DNA from: Octopus vulgaris
Lineage: Eukaryota
Assembly (NCBI GenBank): GCA_951406725.2
Contig: OX597822.1
Coordinates: forward strand, 114,948,001-115,012,000
Reading direction: 5' to 3'
DNA: 64,000 nucleotides
The first letter of the stretch is position 1, and every line of letters begins with the position of its first letter. A program made the position numbers and the translations under genes. A model generated the notes under the pieces. The model had not been told where the DNA came from. It saw only the letters and a list, made by a program, of their open reading frames with translations, and made no database searches. Below, in pieces: positions 25,757 to 39,574 of this stretch.

Positions 25757-26878
25757 CTGCACGCACCCGTCCTTGTATCGCGCTTCGATTCTAAAATAAT
25801 TTCGATTATACTGACGCAGATGGTGACCCATCATCTAAACACAGACGTAATATAGCCAGACTGCTATAAGAAATACGAGAATAATCATTGGAAAAGTATT
25901 CAAGTGATAGACGTTCGAATATAAACAAGTAACAGAAGTATCATTTAAAATAAACACAATTTTTCCTGTACGTCATAAACTATACTAAAAATGATTATCG
26001 ATTTATTGTATTTCGTTTTTTTATTTCATGGGCGAGGTAGGGTCTTTAAGTGTGTGACGTCCACGCCTTACTGCAAGACATTCATTTTGTAAATGAAGCA
26101 AAGCGGCTGAAAATGACATACGAAAATGAGTCGAGAACTTTGTGGTTTGGTGACATTTCAATGTTGTATGACGTTACCAACAAGCTGCTACGCATATAAC
26201 ACATATATCGTAAACATTGAAATTTATCCAGGTTTTGGCCTCCCGTCAGAAACAGCTTGCTCCAAATGCAGTTACAAAATACATGCGTTGAAGAAGAATT
26301 GTTGTTGTTGTTGTTGTTGTTGTTTTTTTACCTATCGCTGTTGTTCTGTCATTCCAGAGTCAGCACAGAACAAACTATTGAAAAGGGGCATTTAGACCGT
26401 GACGATCTAGTCGTTTTGTACTTTGGAAATCAAAGTGTCCTTCATGAGTTATTCTTAAAGAAGGCAGTCAGCATCCTCCTGACTCCTTAAATGATCTCGA
26501 AAATTGGCAGCAACAATGCAGGAAGCCATTCTTAAATAGCAGACCTGCCTCTAAAAGAATGAACTCAAAGATAGTCAAGTTCCCCGATGGTGGTGTTAAA
26601 CCGGGTGACAATTTAAATCTAGCATTCAGTTAGGCCATGGCGGGATTTGAACTCAGAATGTAAAGAAGTGAACGAACAATGCAAGGCATCCAATTCCGCT
26701 AATTCATTTCCGTGAGTTATTTTTCGATCAACCCCCGAGGAAATGGAAGGCAAAATTTCAGGGAATTAGAGTGAATATGAGACATTTTATTCAACATTCT
26801 AAGAACTCTACCATTTTACCACCTTCGAGACCTTTGTGTGATTGGAGGAAAATTTAACCGAGTGATAGTCTCCGAATA

Positions 26879-28093
26879 CGAGGTCTGATCAATAAGTATC
26901 CGGACAGGTGCTATAAAAACAAAACTAGAACACGTACCAATTTAGCATTTAATCTCCTTTAAAGTAGTTTCCTTTGGAAGCCACACACTTAATCCATCGC
27001 TGTTTCCATAGATGGAAGCATTCCTGGATCTCGTTTTCTGGGATAATCCTCGACCTTCTGAAATCTTCTTCCTTTCAACGGGATTCAATTTTTGGAAAGA
27101 GGAAAAAGTCACAATGTGCAAGATCTGGGGAATACGGTGACTGTCGGACCTAGGGAGTGCTGTGCCTAGCCAAAAGCTGCTGCACAAGCTGCGCTGAATG
27201 GGCAGGTGCGTTGTCATTGTGCAACTGCCACTCACCGGACGCATGCAATTGTGGCCTTTTCCGACGAATAGCTTCCCATAAATGCCGCAAACGTCACAGT
27301 AGTCTCTTTGTTTTCTTTTTGATCAGGTGGTGCATACTCATGATGAACAATTCCCTTGTAGTCGAAGAAAATGCTCTCATTGCCTCGATTCATTCATGCT
27401 TTCCTCGGTCACAAAGAGGTTGGGGGTCTTCCGCTGCGAAGACTGAGCTTTTTTTCTTTTCGGGGTCATAGCCATAGAGCCACGATTCATCACCTGTTAT
27501 GACCGTTTTAAAAAAAGTTTTCATCCTTCTCGAGACAATCAAGGAGATGTGCAACAGGAATCCGCGTGTCGTTTTGGCACAAACTTGGCAGACACGCGTC
27601 TCATACCGAAATCTTCGGAGATAATGGGCTGAACTGAACCGTAACTAATCTGCGCATCCTCTGATAACTCACGGATGGTGATTCAACGATTTTCACAGCT
27701 GCACACACATCTGCAATGTTTTCCGTATCTCCGAGAACGTTCGTCAATATCGACATTTGCTCGGCCATCATGGAAACGTCTGAACCACTTTTACATTTAT
27801 GTGCAATTCATACACTCCTCTCCATACACTTTCTGCGATCTTGCGTAGACCTCTGAGCAGGTATTTGATGCAGATTCTCTGCTCAAATTTCTCTGTCATG
27901 GTCAATGTGACGATCATACGCAACACACCTTCCTTCCAAGCACTGCTGTAAACAGTGGAAAGGGAGATAGAAGTTAAAACTTAGTTCACATGCACAACAG
28001 AGTCCATGGTCAATCTGTACCGAGCGGCTTTACGCTGCGTGCTTTAGCTTCGTTATTATGGCAACAGTCCGAACACTTATTGATCAGACCACG
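26879..28093 (-). mobile_element. mariner element with both TIRs and TA TSD; transposase decayed
   Basis: ta|cgaggtctgatcaataagtatccgg ... ccgaacacttattgatcagaccacg|ta. Same family as 3248-4143 and 42290-42525. Confidence 0.9.
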
Positions 28094-28603
28094 TACATCT
28101 AGATTTAAGCCGCGTAGGTACCTGTGTGACAGAGCAAGTTTCTGAAATATTAAGCGCTAGTTTGATCTACATTGAAAACATGGAATCCAACAGACAATTC
28201 TAAAATCTTCAGAAAACAGAATAGAAAGAGAAATATTACATAAAGGGGACATTTTCCAGTGAATTCATATATCCGATACAAGGCTTTGCACATGACTGAA
28301 CACAGAACGTCTTATTTTTATTTTCACTGTTGAATAGACTTGCTATAGTGAAATATGATAATACAATAAGTTAACACAATTGGTATCAATTTGAGTAGAT
28401 GATTTAGAGGCTGAAGGTTAAAGAGATTTGTGGGTAGGCGGTTATTCCAACAAACGTTAGGTATTTTCTTGGCATGCAGCTTCACGCCGTACACACACAC
28501 ACTCTCATACACATACACGTCCACAAATACACATACCACACGTGCATGAATACATATATATGAATATATACACATATATACATATATCTACATATATATA
28601 GAA

Positions 28604-28661
<58 letters not shown>

Positions 28662-28744
28662 ATATATATATACATACATATATACAAACATACATATATA
28701 TATATATATACACACAAACATATATGTATATATATGTATGTATG

Positions 28745-28813
<69 letters not shown>

Positions 28814-28950
28814 GTATGTGTGTATGTGTGTGTGTACCTGTGTGTATCCGATAAGTAGAGCATTAAATATCCATCATGGCTGATCTCATCAGAGTTAGCA
28901 GATATGGAAAGCCATATAGTTTTATATATATGTATGTATATGTATATATA

Positions 28951-29829
28951 CGAGCTGACGTACCTGGTAATTCCCGGGAAAGCGAGCTTATCCCTTGGTT
29001 CCATTCTCATAATTGTTTCGCTAATCCAATAACAACAATACAAAGTGTGTAGCCCTTAAAACAGTTTATGTACATTTACAGAGAATACCAAACTGTCTTA
29101 CATAGGATCTTGTTGTTAGGAATTCTCAATAAGTTATGAATACCTAAATTGTGAAGTCGGTTACGAAGTAACATGAAATTAGAGTACCCAATAGTAAGAA
29201 TTCGAATAAAGTAGCCCCGAAAAGGGCTTTAATTCGTTCCCATAGTATATAGAACTTAGGTGGAAATACTAATAAGGTATGTATAGAAAAATCGTGAAGC
29301 ATGTTATATAATAACAAGCTAATCGGATATGAGATAATAGCAATTCAAAGTAAAGGACTCTGAAAAGGGTTTTGTGCGTTCCCAGAGAATATTACCCTCA
29401 GGGGCGCTAGTGTTGGTATATTCATGAATAAATCACTAACCGAAATTAGTCGATCTATTGTTTAGGAAAATACTATTTACTTGATTAAGGGTTGTACTGG
29501 ATAAATTGCGAAAATAACTCTAACAGTTCAAATACTAAGAAATAAGCATACTCAATTTGATTTATACCAAATGATTTAGGAAAATGAATGGGTTATTAGC
29601 TGTTAAAATGAAACATATAAGATATATATAAGGATCCCTTCCAGGATCCCTTCCAGGATCCTTTTTATCGATGTTTTTCAACAATCTGAGTATGCCATGA
29701 GATTGTCAGTCATAGCTTCTACTCACGTGTCAAGTTTCATCAAAATCCCTAAAACGATGTAGGAGAAATTAGCTAACAACTCTACAGACACACCCACAGA
29801 CAGAATTTCCCACATATGTTGTAGATAGA
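28951..29829 (-). mobile_element. Non-autonomous Helitron-like element
   Basis: Minus strand starts a|TCTATC with a tctg-rich segment near the 5' end. It ends with the hairpin cccggg-aatta-ccagg followed by cagCTCG|t (decayed CTAG). Internal 12-bp tandem aggatcccttcc. Confidence 0.55.
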
Positions 29830-29860
29830 TACACACACACACGCACACACACACACACAT

Positions 29861-30035
29861 ATATATAGTAGAAGTTACAGAGTGACTCAATGCCCGAGAG
29901 TTATGTGCGTTGATATGAGCCAACACACGAAACTCTCGGATCTTGAGTCACTCTGCTACTTCCGCTATATATTATAAAATACACATGTATTCACATTTTG
30001 AGTTCTATTTTCCCTGTTTGCATGAACGCACCTGT
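29861..30035 (+). mobile_element. Fold-back PLE-like insert truncated inside a hammerhead
   Basis: Arms 29861-29902 and 29931-29970. Retains stem II (gtgcgttg/caacacac) and GAAA CTC-tcggatctt-GAG TC, but no CUGANGA. Confidence 0.5.
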
Positions 30036-30042
30036 ATGTATG

Positions 30043-30094
<52 letters not shown>

Positions 30095-30268
30095 TAAGAA
30101 AGTTTGTTTGGTAAAGCACGTGGGTGAATATATAAGAAAATAGTAAAGTGTGAAAAAACGACTGAAGGCTTAAATGTTAAAAAATATATATATTTGTGTC
30201 AAAATGTCTGGAGAATATTGGAAAAATTTTTTTCCTTTCCTTAAAATGACATAATTTTAAAATTTTTA

Positions 30269-30308
30269 AAGAAATTACCGGTTTCGCGTGTAGCTTTTCA
30301 AATTTCTT
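30269..30308 (-). ncRNA. Minimal hammerhead (inverted copy of 32609-32648)
   Basis: Exact reverse complement of 32609-32648. Confidence 0.8.
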
Positions 30309-30859
30309 GTGACGTTATGTTTATATTGCATGGAGTTATCGTTGTTTTTATTTCCAGGAGATTTCTAAATAAGGGGAGGTAGTGAGTGATTTCTTCCGGT
30401 GTAAGGGAGATAATCGCTTAAAAATTATTTTTCCCTTTTCCTTGTTAATTTCTCTGTGTCAGTATGTTCGGATGGTTGAGTCTGGGTTTGTACTTTTCAA
30501 TGAAGAATGTTTCCTTGTTCAGTCTCATTTGTGTTGATGATCCGAAAGCACATTGGTAAAATGGGAAGATTAAAAATTGTGGCAGTAGTTGCTTTGCGCA
30601 TTTCTCAATGTGCTCACTAAAAGGTATCATTCTATATTCTGGGAATGCAATCTGTTGTCGATGCAGTGTGCATCTACGCCTGAGTGATAGTCCCGTGGAA
30701 CCCACGTAGTCTTGGTGGCAGCCCGAGCATTTAATAACATAAATTATGTTTTCAGAGGCACAAGTAAAGTTAGATTTGATCTTAAATTTCTGTCCCTCTT
30801 TAAAGAAGAATTCTGATCCTTCCAATAGGTTAGGACATGTTGCACAGTTCGATCTACCA

Positions 30860-32472
30860 AAGACATACATACACACACCTAATCCGGGGGACCTAAAACT
30901 ACGACCCATTGTAGCTGGCCCAACCTGTGAAACACACAGACTAAGTCTACTTATGGACATCCTCTTGAAACCCTTCCTTAAACATATCGATAGCCATATC
31001 AGAGATGACTTAGATATGTTAAACAACCTTCCAAAAAAACCAAGGAAGAAACAATCCTGGTTTCATTTGATGTAGTCAACTTGTATACCAGTATACCTCA
31101 TAATTATGGACTGGAGGCAATACAATTCTGGTTAGACCAATTTCCGGAAGAAATACCAAAAAGGATCAGTAAGGAATTCATTACTAAATCAATTGAATTC
31201 ATCCTACACAATAACCACTTCATGTTTGACAATACATTTTACCGTCAAAAATCCGGAATTGCTATGGGTACAAGGGCAGCACCAGTCATTGCGAACTTAA
31301 CAAAGGGATACATGGAAATAATCATTTACCAGGAATCTCTATCAATCTTTGGAAACTCCCTCTCTCAATACATAAAAGAGAATTGGAAACGATTCCTAGA
31401 CGATTGTTTCATTCTCTGGAATGAAAACATAGATAAACTCCTAAAATTTAAAAACCTATTGAACAGCATAAACCCAAATATACAGTTCACAATGGAATAC
31501 AACCAAAAGGAGCTCCCGTTCTTGGATATACTAATTAAAAAAATTAACCTTAAAATAGAAACAGACATTTTTTACAAAACCACAGACGCCAAACAATACC
31601 TTCTTTTTAATTCATGCCACCCAAGACACACTAAAACAAACATCCCCTTCAACCTTGCAAGAAGGATATGCACAATAGTGTCAGAACAAAATACCAGGAA
31701 CTTTAGACTGCAAGAACTCAAAAACACCCTAATTGACAGACATTACCCAGCTCAACTCATAGAGGATGGGATCAGACGTGCAACAGAAATCAACATAGAA
31801 ACTTTAAGAAAAGTTCAACACACAAACACACCTTCCCCGAAAATACTACCTTACATATCTACATACAACCCCAGAAACAAAGAAGCCTTCACCATCATCA
31901 CCCAGAATTTACCAATACTTCATAAAAACCCAAAATTAAAGGAAATTCTAAACATACACCAAATCATTAAAAGCTACAAACAGCCTAAATCACTTAAAAA
32001 GATTCTCACAAAGGCAAAATTGTCTTCTAAAATTACGGATGCAAAAGTAAAAAAATGTGGTAGATCGAACTGTGCAACATGTCCTAACCTATTGGAAGGA
32101 TCAGAATTCTTCTTTAAAGAGGGACAGAAATTTAAGATCAAATCTAACTTTACTTGTGCCTCTGAAAACATAATTTATGTTATTAAATGCTCGGGCTGCC
32201 ACCAAGACTACGTGGGTTCCACGGGACTATCACTCAGGCGTAGATGCACACTGCATCGACAACAGATTGCATTCCCAGAATATAGAATGATACCTTTTAG
32301 TGAGCACATTGAGAAATGCGTAAAGCAACTACTGCCACAATTTTTAATCTTCCCATTTTACCAATGTGCTTTCGGATCATCAACACAAATGAGACTGAAC
32401 AAGGAAACATTCTTCATTGAAAAGTACAAACCCAGACTCAACCATCCGAACATACTGACACAGAGAAATTAA
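30860..32472 (+). CDS. PLE reverse transcriptase / GIY-YIG endonuclease; N-terminally truncated, one frameshift at the A7 run 31033-31039
   Basis: LKLRPIVAGP, LVSFDVVNLYTSIP, QKSGIAMGT..AP..ANL, WKRFLDDCFILW, LPFLDILI, CGRSNCATC linker, IIYVIKCSGCHQDYVGST, H...H, and terminal YKPRLN. Confidence 0.92.
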
Positions 32473-32608
32473 CAAGGAAAAGGGAAAAATAATTTTTAAG
32501 CGATTATCTCCCTTACACCGGAAGAAATCACTCACTACCTCCCCTTATTTAGAAATCTCCTGGAAATAAAAACAACGATAACTCCATGCAATATAAACAT
32601 AACGTCAC

Positions 32609-32648
32609 AAGAAATTTGAAAAGCTACACGCGAAACCGGTAATTTCTT
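32609..32648 (+). ncRNA. Minimal type-I hammerhead in the PLE 3' UTR, U3-A8 core
   Basis: AAGAAAT TTGAAAA GC-tacac-GC GAAA CCGG TA ATTTCTT. 7-bp stem I, palindromic ACCGGT stem III, GUA triplet (predicted cut after 32641). Confidence 0.8.
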
Positions 32649-32781
32649 TAAAAATTTTAAAATTATGTCATTTTAAGGAAAGGAAAAAAAATTTTTCCAA
32701 TATTCTCCAGACATTTTGACACAAATATATATATTTTTTAACATTTAAGCCTTCTGTCGTTTTTTCACACTTTACTATTTT

Positions 32782-32831
<50 letters not shown>

Positions 32832-32834
<3 letters not shown>

Positions 32835-33008
32835 CCATGATAGATCGTTAGCCACTACACACATTTTTTTTCTCTCCTTGTTTTTTCTGTGTCCCTTTCT
32901 GTAGACTCGAAACGTAATATACCTTTTTCTATTCTTGGGCGTTATACTAATACATCTGTTTGTTTTGTACATCACCTGTCTTCGTCTTCTGTTTTTTCGT
33001 AAACCCTT

Positions 33009-33011
<3 letters not shown>
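32832..33011 (+). mobile_element. PLE-like 3' end in (TA)n with deleted hammerhead
   Basis: tttCTGTAGA-ctcGAAACGTAat remnant; related to 62250-62430 in the opposite orientation. Confidence 0.45.
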
Positions 33012-33046
<35 letters not shown>

Positions 33047-33054
33047 CATATATA

Positions 33055-33159
<105 letters not shown>

Positions 33160-33817
33160 CATACAAATATACAACACAGACATGCACAGACGCGCACACG
33201 CACATATATACATGTATACACAGATAGATTGATAGATAAACCAGCAGAAAAACAAACAGACAGGAAGAAAGACAAGTTGGAAAATCTTCAAGCGGAAATC
33301 ATCTCAGTGCAATATTTACTCAAAAATCTATCAGTGTTCATTGAATTGTCACTGTTTTACATTATATTGTAGGAAATAGCAGTGTTACGTAGACATATAG
33401 ATAGATATGTGTTTATGTGTTGTAAGCGCATGTGTGTATGTGTGTGTGTGTGTTTGTTTGTGTGTTTATGTTTGTGTGGGTGTGTGTTTGAAATTGAATG
33501 AGGATAGTTGATTATCATTACGGTAAGGTGGGCTCCGATCAGTCGAGGAAGGTCATTTGGTGTTGTGGTTAGAATAAATATATGTTAAAATGAGATATCA
33601 TTGTTATTTTCATTTTTGCGCAATTGAGACCATAGTTTATTTACCGCACCCTGTATATATATATATACATATATATATACATATATATATATGTATATAC
33701 ACGTGAGTTTGTGTGTTTGTATGTATGTGTGCGCGTGTGTGCGTATGTGTATACAAACACTCCCACACACACTCACGCACGCACACACACATATACACAC
33801 ACATATATATATATTAA

Positions 33818-36110
33818 AGGAGGTGCTCAAGCATGGCCGCAGTTAAATGATTGAAACGTATGTATATATACACAACGAGCTTCTTTCAATTTCCGTCAAC
33901 CAAATCCACGCATAAGGTTTTGGTCGTCCTGAGGCTATACTAGAAGACACTTGCCCAAGGTGTCACGTAGTGGGACTCAACCCGGATCAGCGTGGATGGG
34001 AATCTAGCTTCTTTATTTCAAGATTTTGCCATGAAGGCATTGCACAGATGGAGAACCTTGCGGGCTGGTCATAGACATTAATGAGATGAGGGATGAAAAG
34101 GATGATATTAATGGGACAAGACAAAAGACGACCGCCGATCTTTTCTTTCTCGAAAACATTGTTCTTTTTTCCTTTTTCAAAAACCAAAAAAAAAAACACA
34201 AATGAGGTAATGAACCTCTCACAGTAAACATTAGATTTCATAATAATAGCAAAAACATTGAATTGAGCCGCGAAGCCTCTTATGAATCATCCCCGATTAA
34301 ATCTGTTGCTGCCTGCAGGCAATCCCGCAGCAGCAAGTCGGGGAACCAGAAGAGATAATTCTACTCTTCCTTATGAAAGGAGTCGATTATCTTATAAAAT
34401 TGACTTTCTGCCATGACCTCTTCAGCTACCTGCGGAGGCCAGTATGGGGTATCCATGCAGGTCGGGACCAGCCGTTTCTGACCTTCAAAACTATCCACAA
34501 AGTTCTCTACGGCCCCTCCCTTGAAATAGAAGACCAGCGGTGGCACAAATTCCCACCGACGAAGTTTCTGGACATGCCGGCAGAGCATTGAAAACCGCCG
34601 GCACCGTCCCATTCTTCTTTTTTCTTTTTTTTCTTTAGCACGGGAGGTGTTGGTCCCTTCGCCTCAACCGGAGGAACATCGCCTCCTCCCGGCACTCCAT
34701 GATCCTTCGGTGAGCAGCCATTGTTGCTCCCCTTCTTTTTCTCCCCTTTTTTCCGGGGGAGATCTCTCCCTCCTCGCCTACCTCAATCTTTCCTTCCTGA
34801 GCAGGAGGGGGCGCTCTTCTACAACCAACTCCTCCAGGACCCTACTCTGGTCCTAGGGACAGTTTTTCTTTGTATGGCCAGGCTCCAGGCACCGATGACA
34901 CCTGGAGGGGGGCGACCCTCAAGAATCACCGGGTACCCGCACCCGGCCATTTAAAAAAAATCTGGAAGAACCAGGCTGGCTGATTGGGTCCACAGGGTCA
35001 ATAGAGCTTTTGACCCAACCCAATCAGCCGCAGCCACCCAGACCCCGGCGGATAGTTTCCTCTATCCATTCGGGTTTTATCTCGGGTGGCAACCCACAGA
35101 CCCAAGCTCTTGTCAACCTCTTCCCACAATAGGTGCGAAGAAACAAAATTTCTTTGCCCTCTAAGGGCTAGCTCGCAAATTTGCAAGCCTCTTCAGGGTT
35201 GTCAAATAGCAACTACACCTTCGCATACTTGACCTCCCTGGAAATGTATTTAATAGTTGGCAGATACTCCGCTAACCCCTTTTCTATCACAGTCTTTTCA
35301 AATAGGGCGATGGTGTCGAGCGACTTGGAGTAAGTCCAGAACACCACCGTCCTCTCTTCAAGGTCTTTCAACCAGTGTTTGGGAGGTATAATTTCCCACT
35401 CCAAAACATTCTCTGTTTTTATTGTCGTGTTTTTTTACTTTGTAATAATAGTTTGAAAATAGTTCAAAATAAAACTTAAAAAGAAAGAAGAAAAAGAAAG
35501 AAATCAAAAGAAATCCACAATAAAATGGAAGGAAGAAAAAGAAAACAATTCATGAAAGTCAAAAACAGTTTAGAAGAAAGAAAATCAATAGTTCAAAAAC
35601 GCAGTAAAAGAAAATTCTTCCGGTCACTAGGTACTCCTGGCCAAGATCGAACCCGGAACGTCAAAACTGGAATACAACTTCCATAAGAACTAGTATACAA
35701 GTCGTTCAATCTTCGAAGGCAAAGACACTCCCCCAAAACAGCAATTCTCACAATTATTTCTAAAATTCGCAAAAGTGAACACATTTTTAGGAGGTGCGAT
35801 ACGCTCACAAGCAACAATTCTCACAATTAAGTGAGAAAAAATATCTACTTAACGTGAACCACTTTTGCTCAACTGCAGGCAGACCAGAGTTTAGAATCCA
35901 GTGAAGACCTCTTGCTTGTACAAAAATAATTACCGCAAGCAACAAACCACCACTGGACCCAAAAAACAAAAGTCTTGTCTTAAAGTAGAGCTTCTTTTGC
36001 AATCAATTTTCGTCCGCTGCTAGCCAGCGTAAACACTTCAATCAGTGGTATGAACAAACAATACTGACAACACGCATGCGCAAGGAATCAAGCTTCTTAC
36101 CACACAACTA
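33818..36110 (-). mobile_element. SINE family A split by a 2.07-kb insertion
   Basis: SINE body at 33818-34013 continues as ggaatcaagcttcttaccacacaac at 36084-36110. Confidence 0.8.
34014..36083 (-). mobile_element. ORF1-only (HAL1-like) non-LTR retroelement with decayed gag-like ORF
   Basis: 15-bp TSD ggaatc(t/a)agcttctt at 33999-34013 and 36084-36098. CCHC knuckle CHRCLEPGHTKKNC at 34859-34900 (minus). Terminal aataaa; no RT or endonuclease motifs seen. Confidence 0.75.
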
Positions 36111-36541
36111 CCTGTGTGTCATTGTTTGTGTGTGTGCGTGTAGTCCTAAGTAGTAGACATACAGACATTTCAATTTTACCTATTTCTCAGTAGATTGAAA
36201 CAAAACCGTTATAAACAAACTTCATCGATCTTTGACCCTACTAAGGGCCTCAGAGACGAATATGCAAAAATAGATCTCATGTATTTAATATTTAGCTGTA
36301 AAGTTACGTAACTCAACCACCGATAATTTTGTGTGGTTCGCTTAACAAGCTAAACTATAAATTACAATGCTTCTTAAAATATAGAAGAAAGCGCGACTGT
36401 TCACGACGCTTCTATCAAAACACGGATTTGGGCATCACGTGATAAAGCAATGCTTTCAAAATCTGCTTGATAGCCTTCATATGTACACGCATATGTATAA
36501 CATATGTGTACATATGTGTCTTTGTTTATTTGGATATGTAT

Positions 36542-36579
<38 letters not shown>

Positions 36580-36816
36580 ACACACACACACTCACACATA
36601 TACATATACACACACATACAGACATACGTAGTCTGCACGTTTTTGTGGTGTTTTCATTTTACCTTTTTGTCTTGCTCAGCCTGATTCTTGCTTCTGTGTG
36701 GAGATATATACATCTCTACATGTGTTCAAGTACAGAGATCAATATATGTATATCTGCATATGGCTGCAAGTGTATGCTCATGTATATATATTTGTGTGCG
36801 TGTGTCTGTGCGTGTG

Positions 36817-36855
<39 letters not shown>

Positions 36856-37329
36856 AAATTCGGGATACTCGGGCTAGGAATATGTAACTCGAGTGCTGGA
36901 GTAGCAATTCTTATACATACGCTCGCATATACGTATGTGTGTATGTATACATGCATGTATGGAGTTATGTATCTCAACAGACCTGTCAACCTGTCAAACC
37001 AATAGGAAATGTCAGAACACCCCATACATTCTTGTCTCGTAATACTCTCTTGGTCCCAAAGGCCTGACTGGGGTTGACGCAATGTAGGCCTGTAAAATTA
37101 ACAAAAATATTTCTTTCATCCTCGTATTAAAACGTGACGTGTGCTAACAAACGTGCGCACCAAATATGATGTATATTCTTTTAAATCTCAAATGATTTGA
37201 ATTCAATATTCTTAACGTATATAATTCAGTTACAACATTGTAACTTAAAATATGTTGCGGATCTTAGCGAAAGTTTAATGGTGCCAACTCGGGCTTATGC
37301 AAGTCAAATGCGAACTCTGTTGACATCAA

Positions 37330-38010
37330 CTGTATGTGAAAAGGTTTGAAAAGATCTGCTTTGAAGTTTAAACTGTTGGAGCTCTCATTTGGTGTCTGGG
37401 ACATACTAACTGCTATCAGTGAGTTGTCGAAGCTTGAAAATGTATTATTATATCTTTACAAAGAATTGACATTGCTAGGTCATAACGAACGAAATGTAAA
37501 AGATAAACTTTACAAAGAGTTGTCATGAGCTACTGGAGTTCATTATTGAAATAGGTAGTCTTTGCATCAAACTTCTGCCAAAAGAAAATCAAAACATTTT
37601 CCAGATGTTTCAAAATATAATAAAAATGACATTATATCTACAAGTGATGGTGTAATAGCTGACGTAATTCGTACAGAAGGTGAAAAATGCTCCATTTATA
37701 TCAGTGCAAGCAGACGATATTACCAACTGTGTTATGTCTGTCTACCTTTTCATTATCGTCATTTATATATCTGAATGCAAAATAAGTGAAAGGTTTTTTT
37801 TTTTCCTTTTTATATGATCTTATGATGTAAGTAATGATTAAACACGTCGAAATTGACTGTTGTGGTGGAAAATGTCTTGAACATCAGCCAAATGAACGAA
37901 CGAAGACCAGCTGCTGTGATGCAAGACATACAAACAAAATCAGAGAAAGAGTTTCAATACAGCGATCTTTTTCATTGTTATGCACTTAAGCTTGACCTAG
38001 TTTTGAGTTG
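37330..38010 (+). pseudogene. hAT (ZMYM1/DUF4371-like) transposase relic
   Basis: Broken frames give ELTLLGHNE, KNDIIS...ADVIRTE/VKNAPFISVQADD and HCYALKLDLVL. Confidence 0.6.
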
Positions 38011-39290
38011 AATTATAAAAAAAAAAAGCCAACGGGATTCCAATCTTATTTTATCTTTTAATTTTCATATATATATTTATTTTATTTACAACTTTAGTAA
38101 ACTTATGTCTACGAGTTCAAAACGGAAAAAGTGTCTTGCGAGATTTCAGTATCTGCATTCCATTACTGTGCAATATCAAGTAGTACTAAAGGTGCAAGTG
38201 TTGCACGTAGAGTTCAAACATGCATTTCAAAATATCGAAACTGATAATCTATCGGCATAATTGAAAGACTTCACTTTCATATTTTTCACAAATTGTTTTC
38301 ATGGCGGGTTGTCGCAAGTTGTACAGTGTAAACTGCGCGACCTGAATTCTGCTAAATCCTATTATTCAATATGCTGAAAATCGTTGTAAGGGTGAGGATT
38401 ATGAAACACTGGTCAATATACAAGTACAAACAATGAACGACTGAATGCCTTCTATCATCGTACGTCACAAAAGTACAAAAAGAATGCAATGAATCGTCCT
38501 ACGTAAGTCTACCTATAGCCTAATGGTTAATGAGATTGAAGGTTATTCGGATTTTCAGTGCGTTTAGGTTGAAGGACACTCTATTAAGCAAGATGCCAAT
38601 GATACACAGAATTAGCTTCCAGGTTCTCATCTTCAGCTGAATGTACTGCATCATCATGAAATGTATTTCTTTGCTGACGGAGACAACATACAGCCGGGTT
38701 CTGATAGCCAATCAACATCTAAACACAAGGCCATGTACCTTCACTAAAGCGGTTCTTAATAGTTCAGATAATTTCAGTATCATTTAATGAACGATTTGCT
38801 CATGTTGATAAGTGTTATATTGATATTTGAATTACTAGATGTAAAGAAGTTTGAAGTGTTTGCCTATACATCTTCTGTGCAACACTGGCAATTTACAGTG
38901 CAGACATTCATTACAAATCCGTCCTCAATGAGCTCAGATCTACGTATAATGACACTGATTTCATATAGTTCAAATATAACAATATCATTTTGAAGAAACA
39001 TCGCAGTTTGAGTTACATTTTTGCCTGAAACTGCCAGATTAATTTAACTTTTCCTGGCTATCCCTGGAACTTCAGTCGCAGGCAAAGGAAGCTTTACAAC
39101 TATTGAGAAAATGTAGTCATTCTTAATTTGGGTTCTTGCTTATGAACAGTTTCTTTTAACTGGATAGGATGTTTCCATCTCATCGAGAAATAGATTCTCG
39201 TTCTCAACTGGAGTCCATATGGCCCTTGGGGCTCCATCTAAAGGTTCGTTGTTAAAATTTATGTACAATAAATTAATTATACTTCTACAA

Positions 39291-39498
39291 TATTCTTTTA
39301 TTTGTTTCAGTCATTTGACTGTGGCCATGCTGGAGCACCGCCTTTAGTCGAGCAATCGACCCTAGAAATTATTTTTGTAAGCCTAGTACCTATTCTATCA
39401 GACTCTTTGCCGAACCGCTAAATTATGAGGACATAAACACACCAGCATCGGTTGTCAAGCGATGGTGGGGGGGACAAACACAGACACACAAACACACA

Positions 39499-39574
<76 letters not shown>

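Larger units (their letters stand above)
30093..32785 (+). mobile_element. Penelope-like retroelement (Neptune/Naiad-type architecture), 5'-truncated, with inverted pseudo-LTR, inserted in (TA)n
   Basis: RT plus Cys-rich linker plus GIY-YIG ORF. 30128-30859 is the reverse complement of 32058-32789. (TA)n on both flanks. Confidence 0.95.

Noticed and set aside
30445-31026. 193-aa minus-strand ORF as an independent GIY-YIG nuclease gene
   Set aside because: It is the inverted duplicate of the PLE C-terminus fused to antisense RT sequence.
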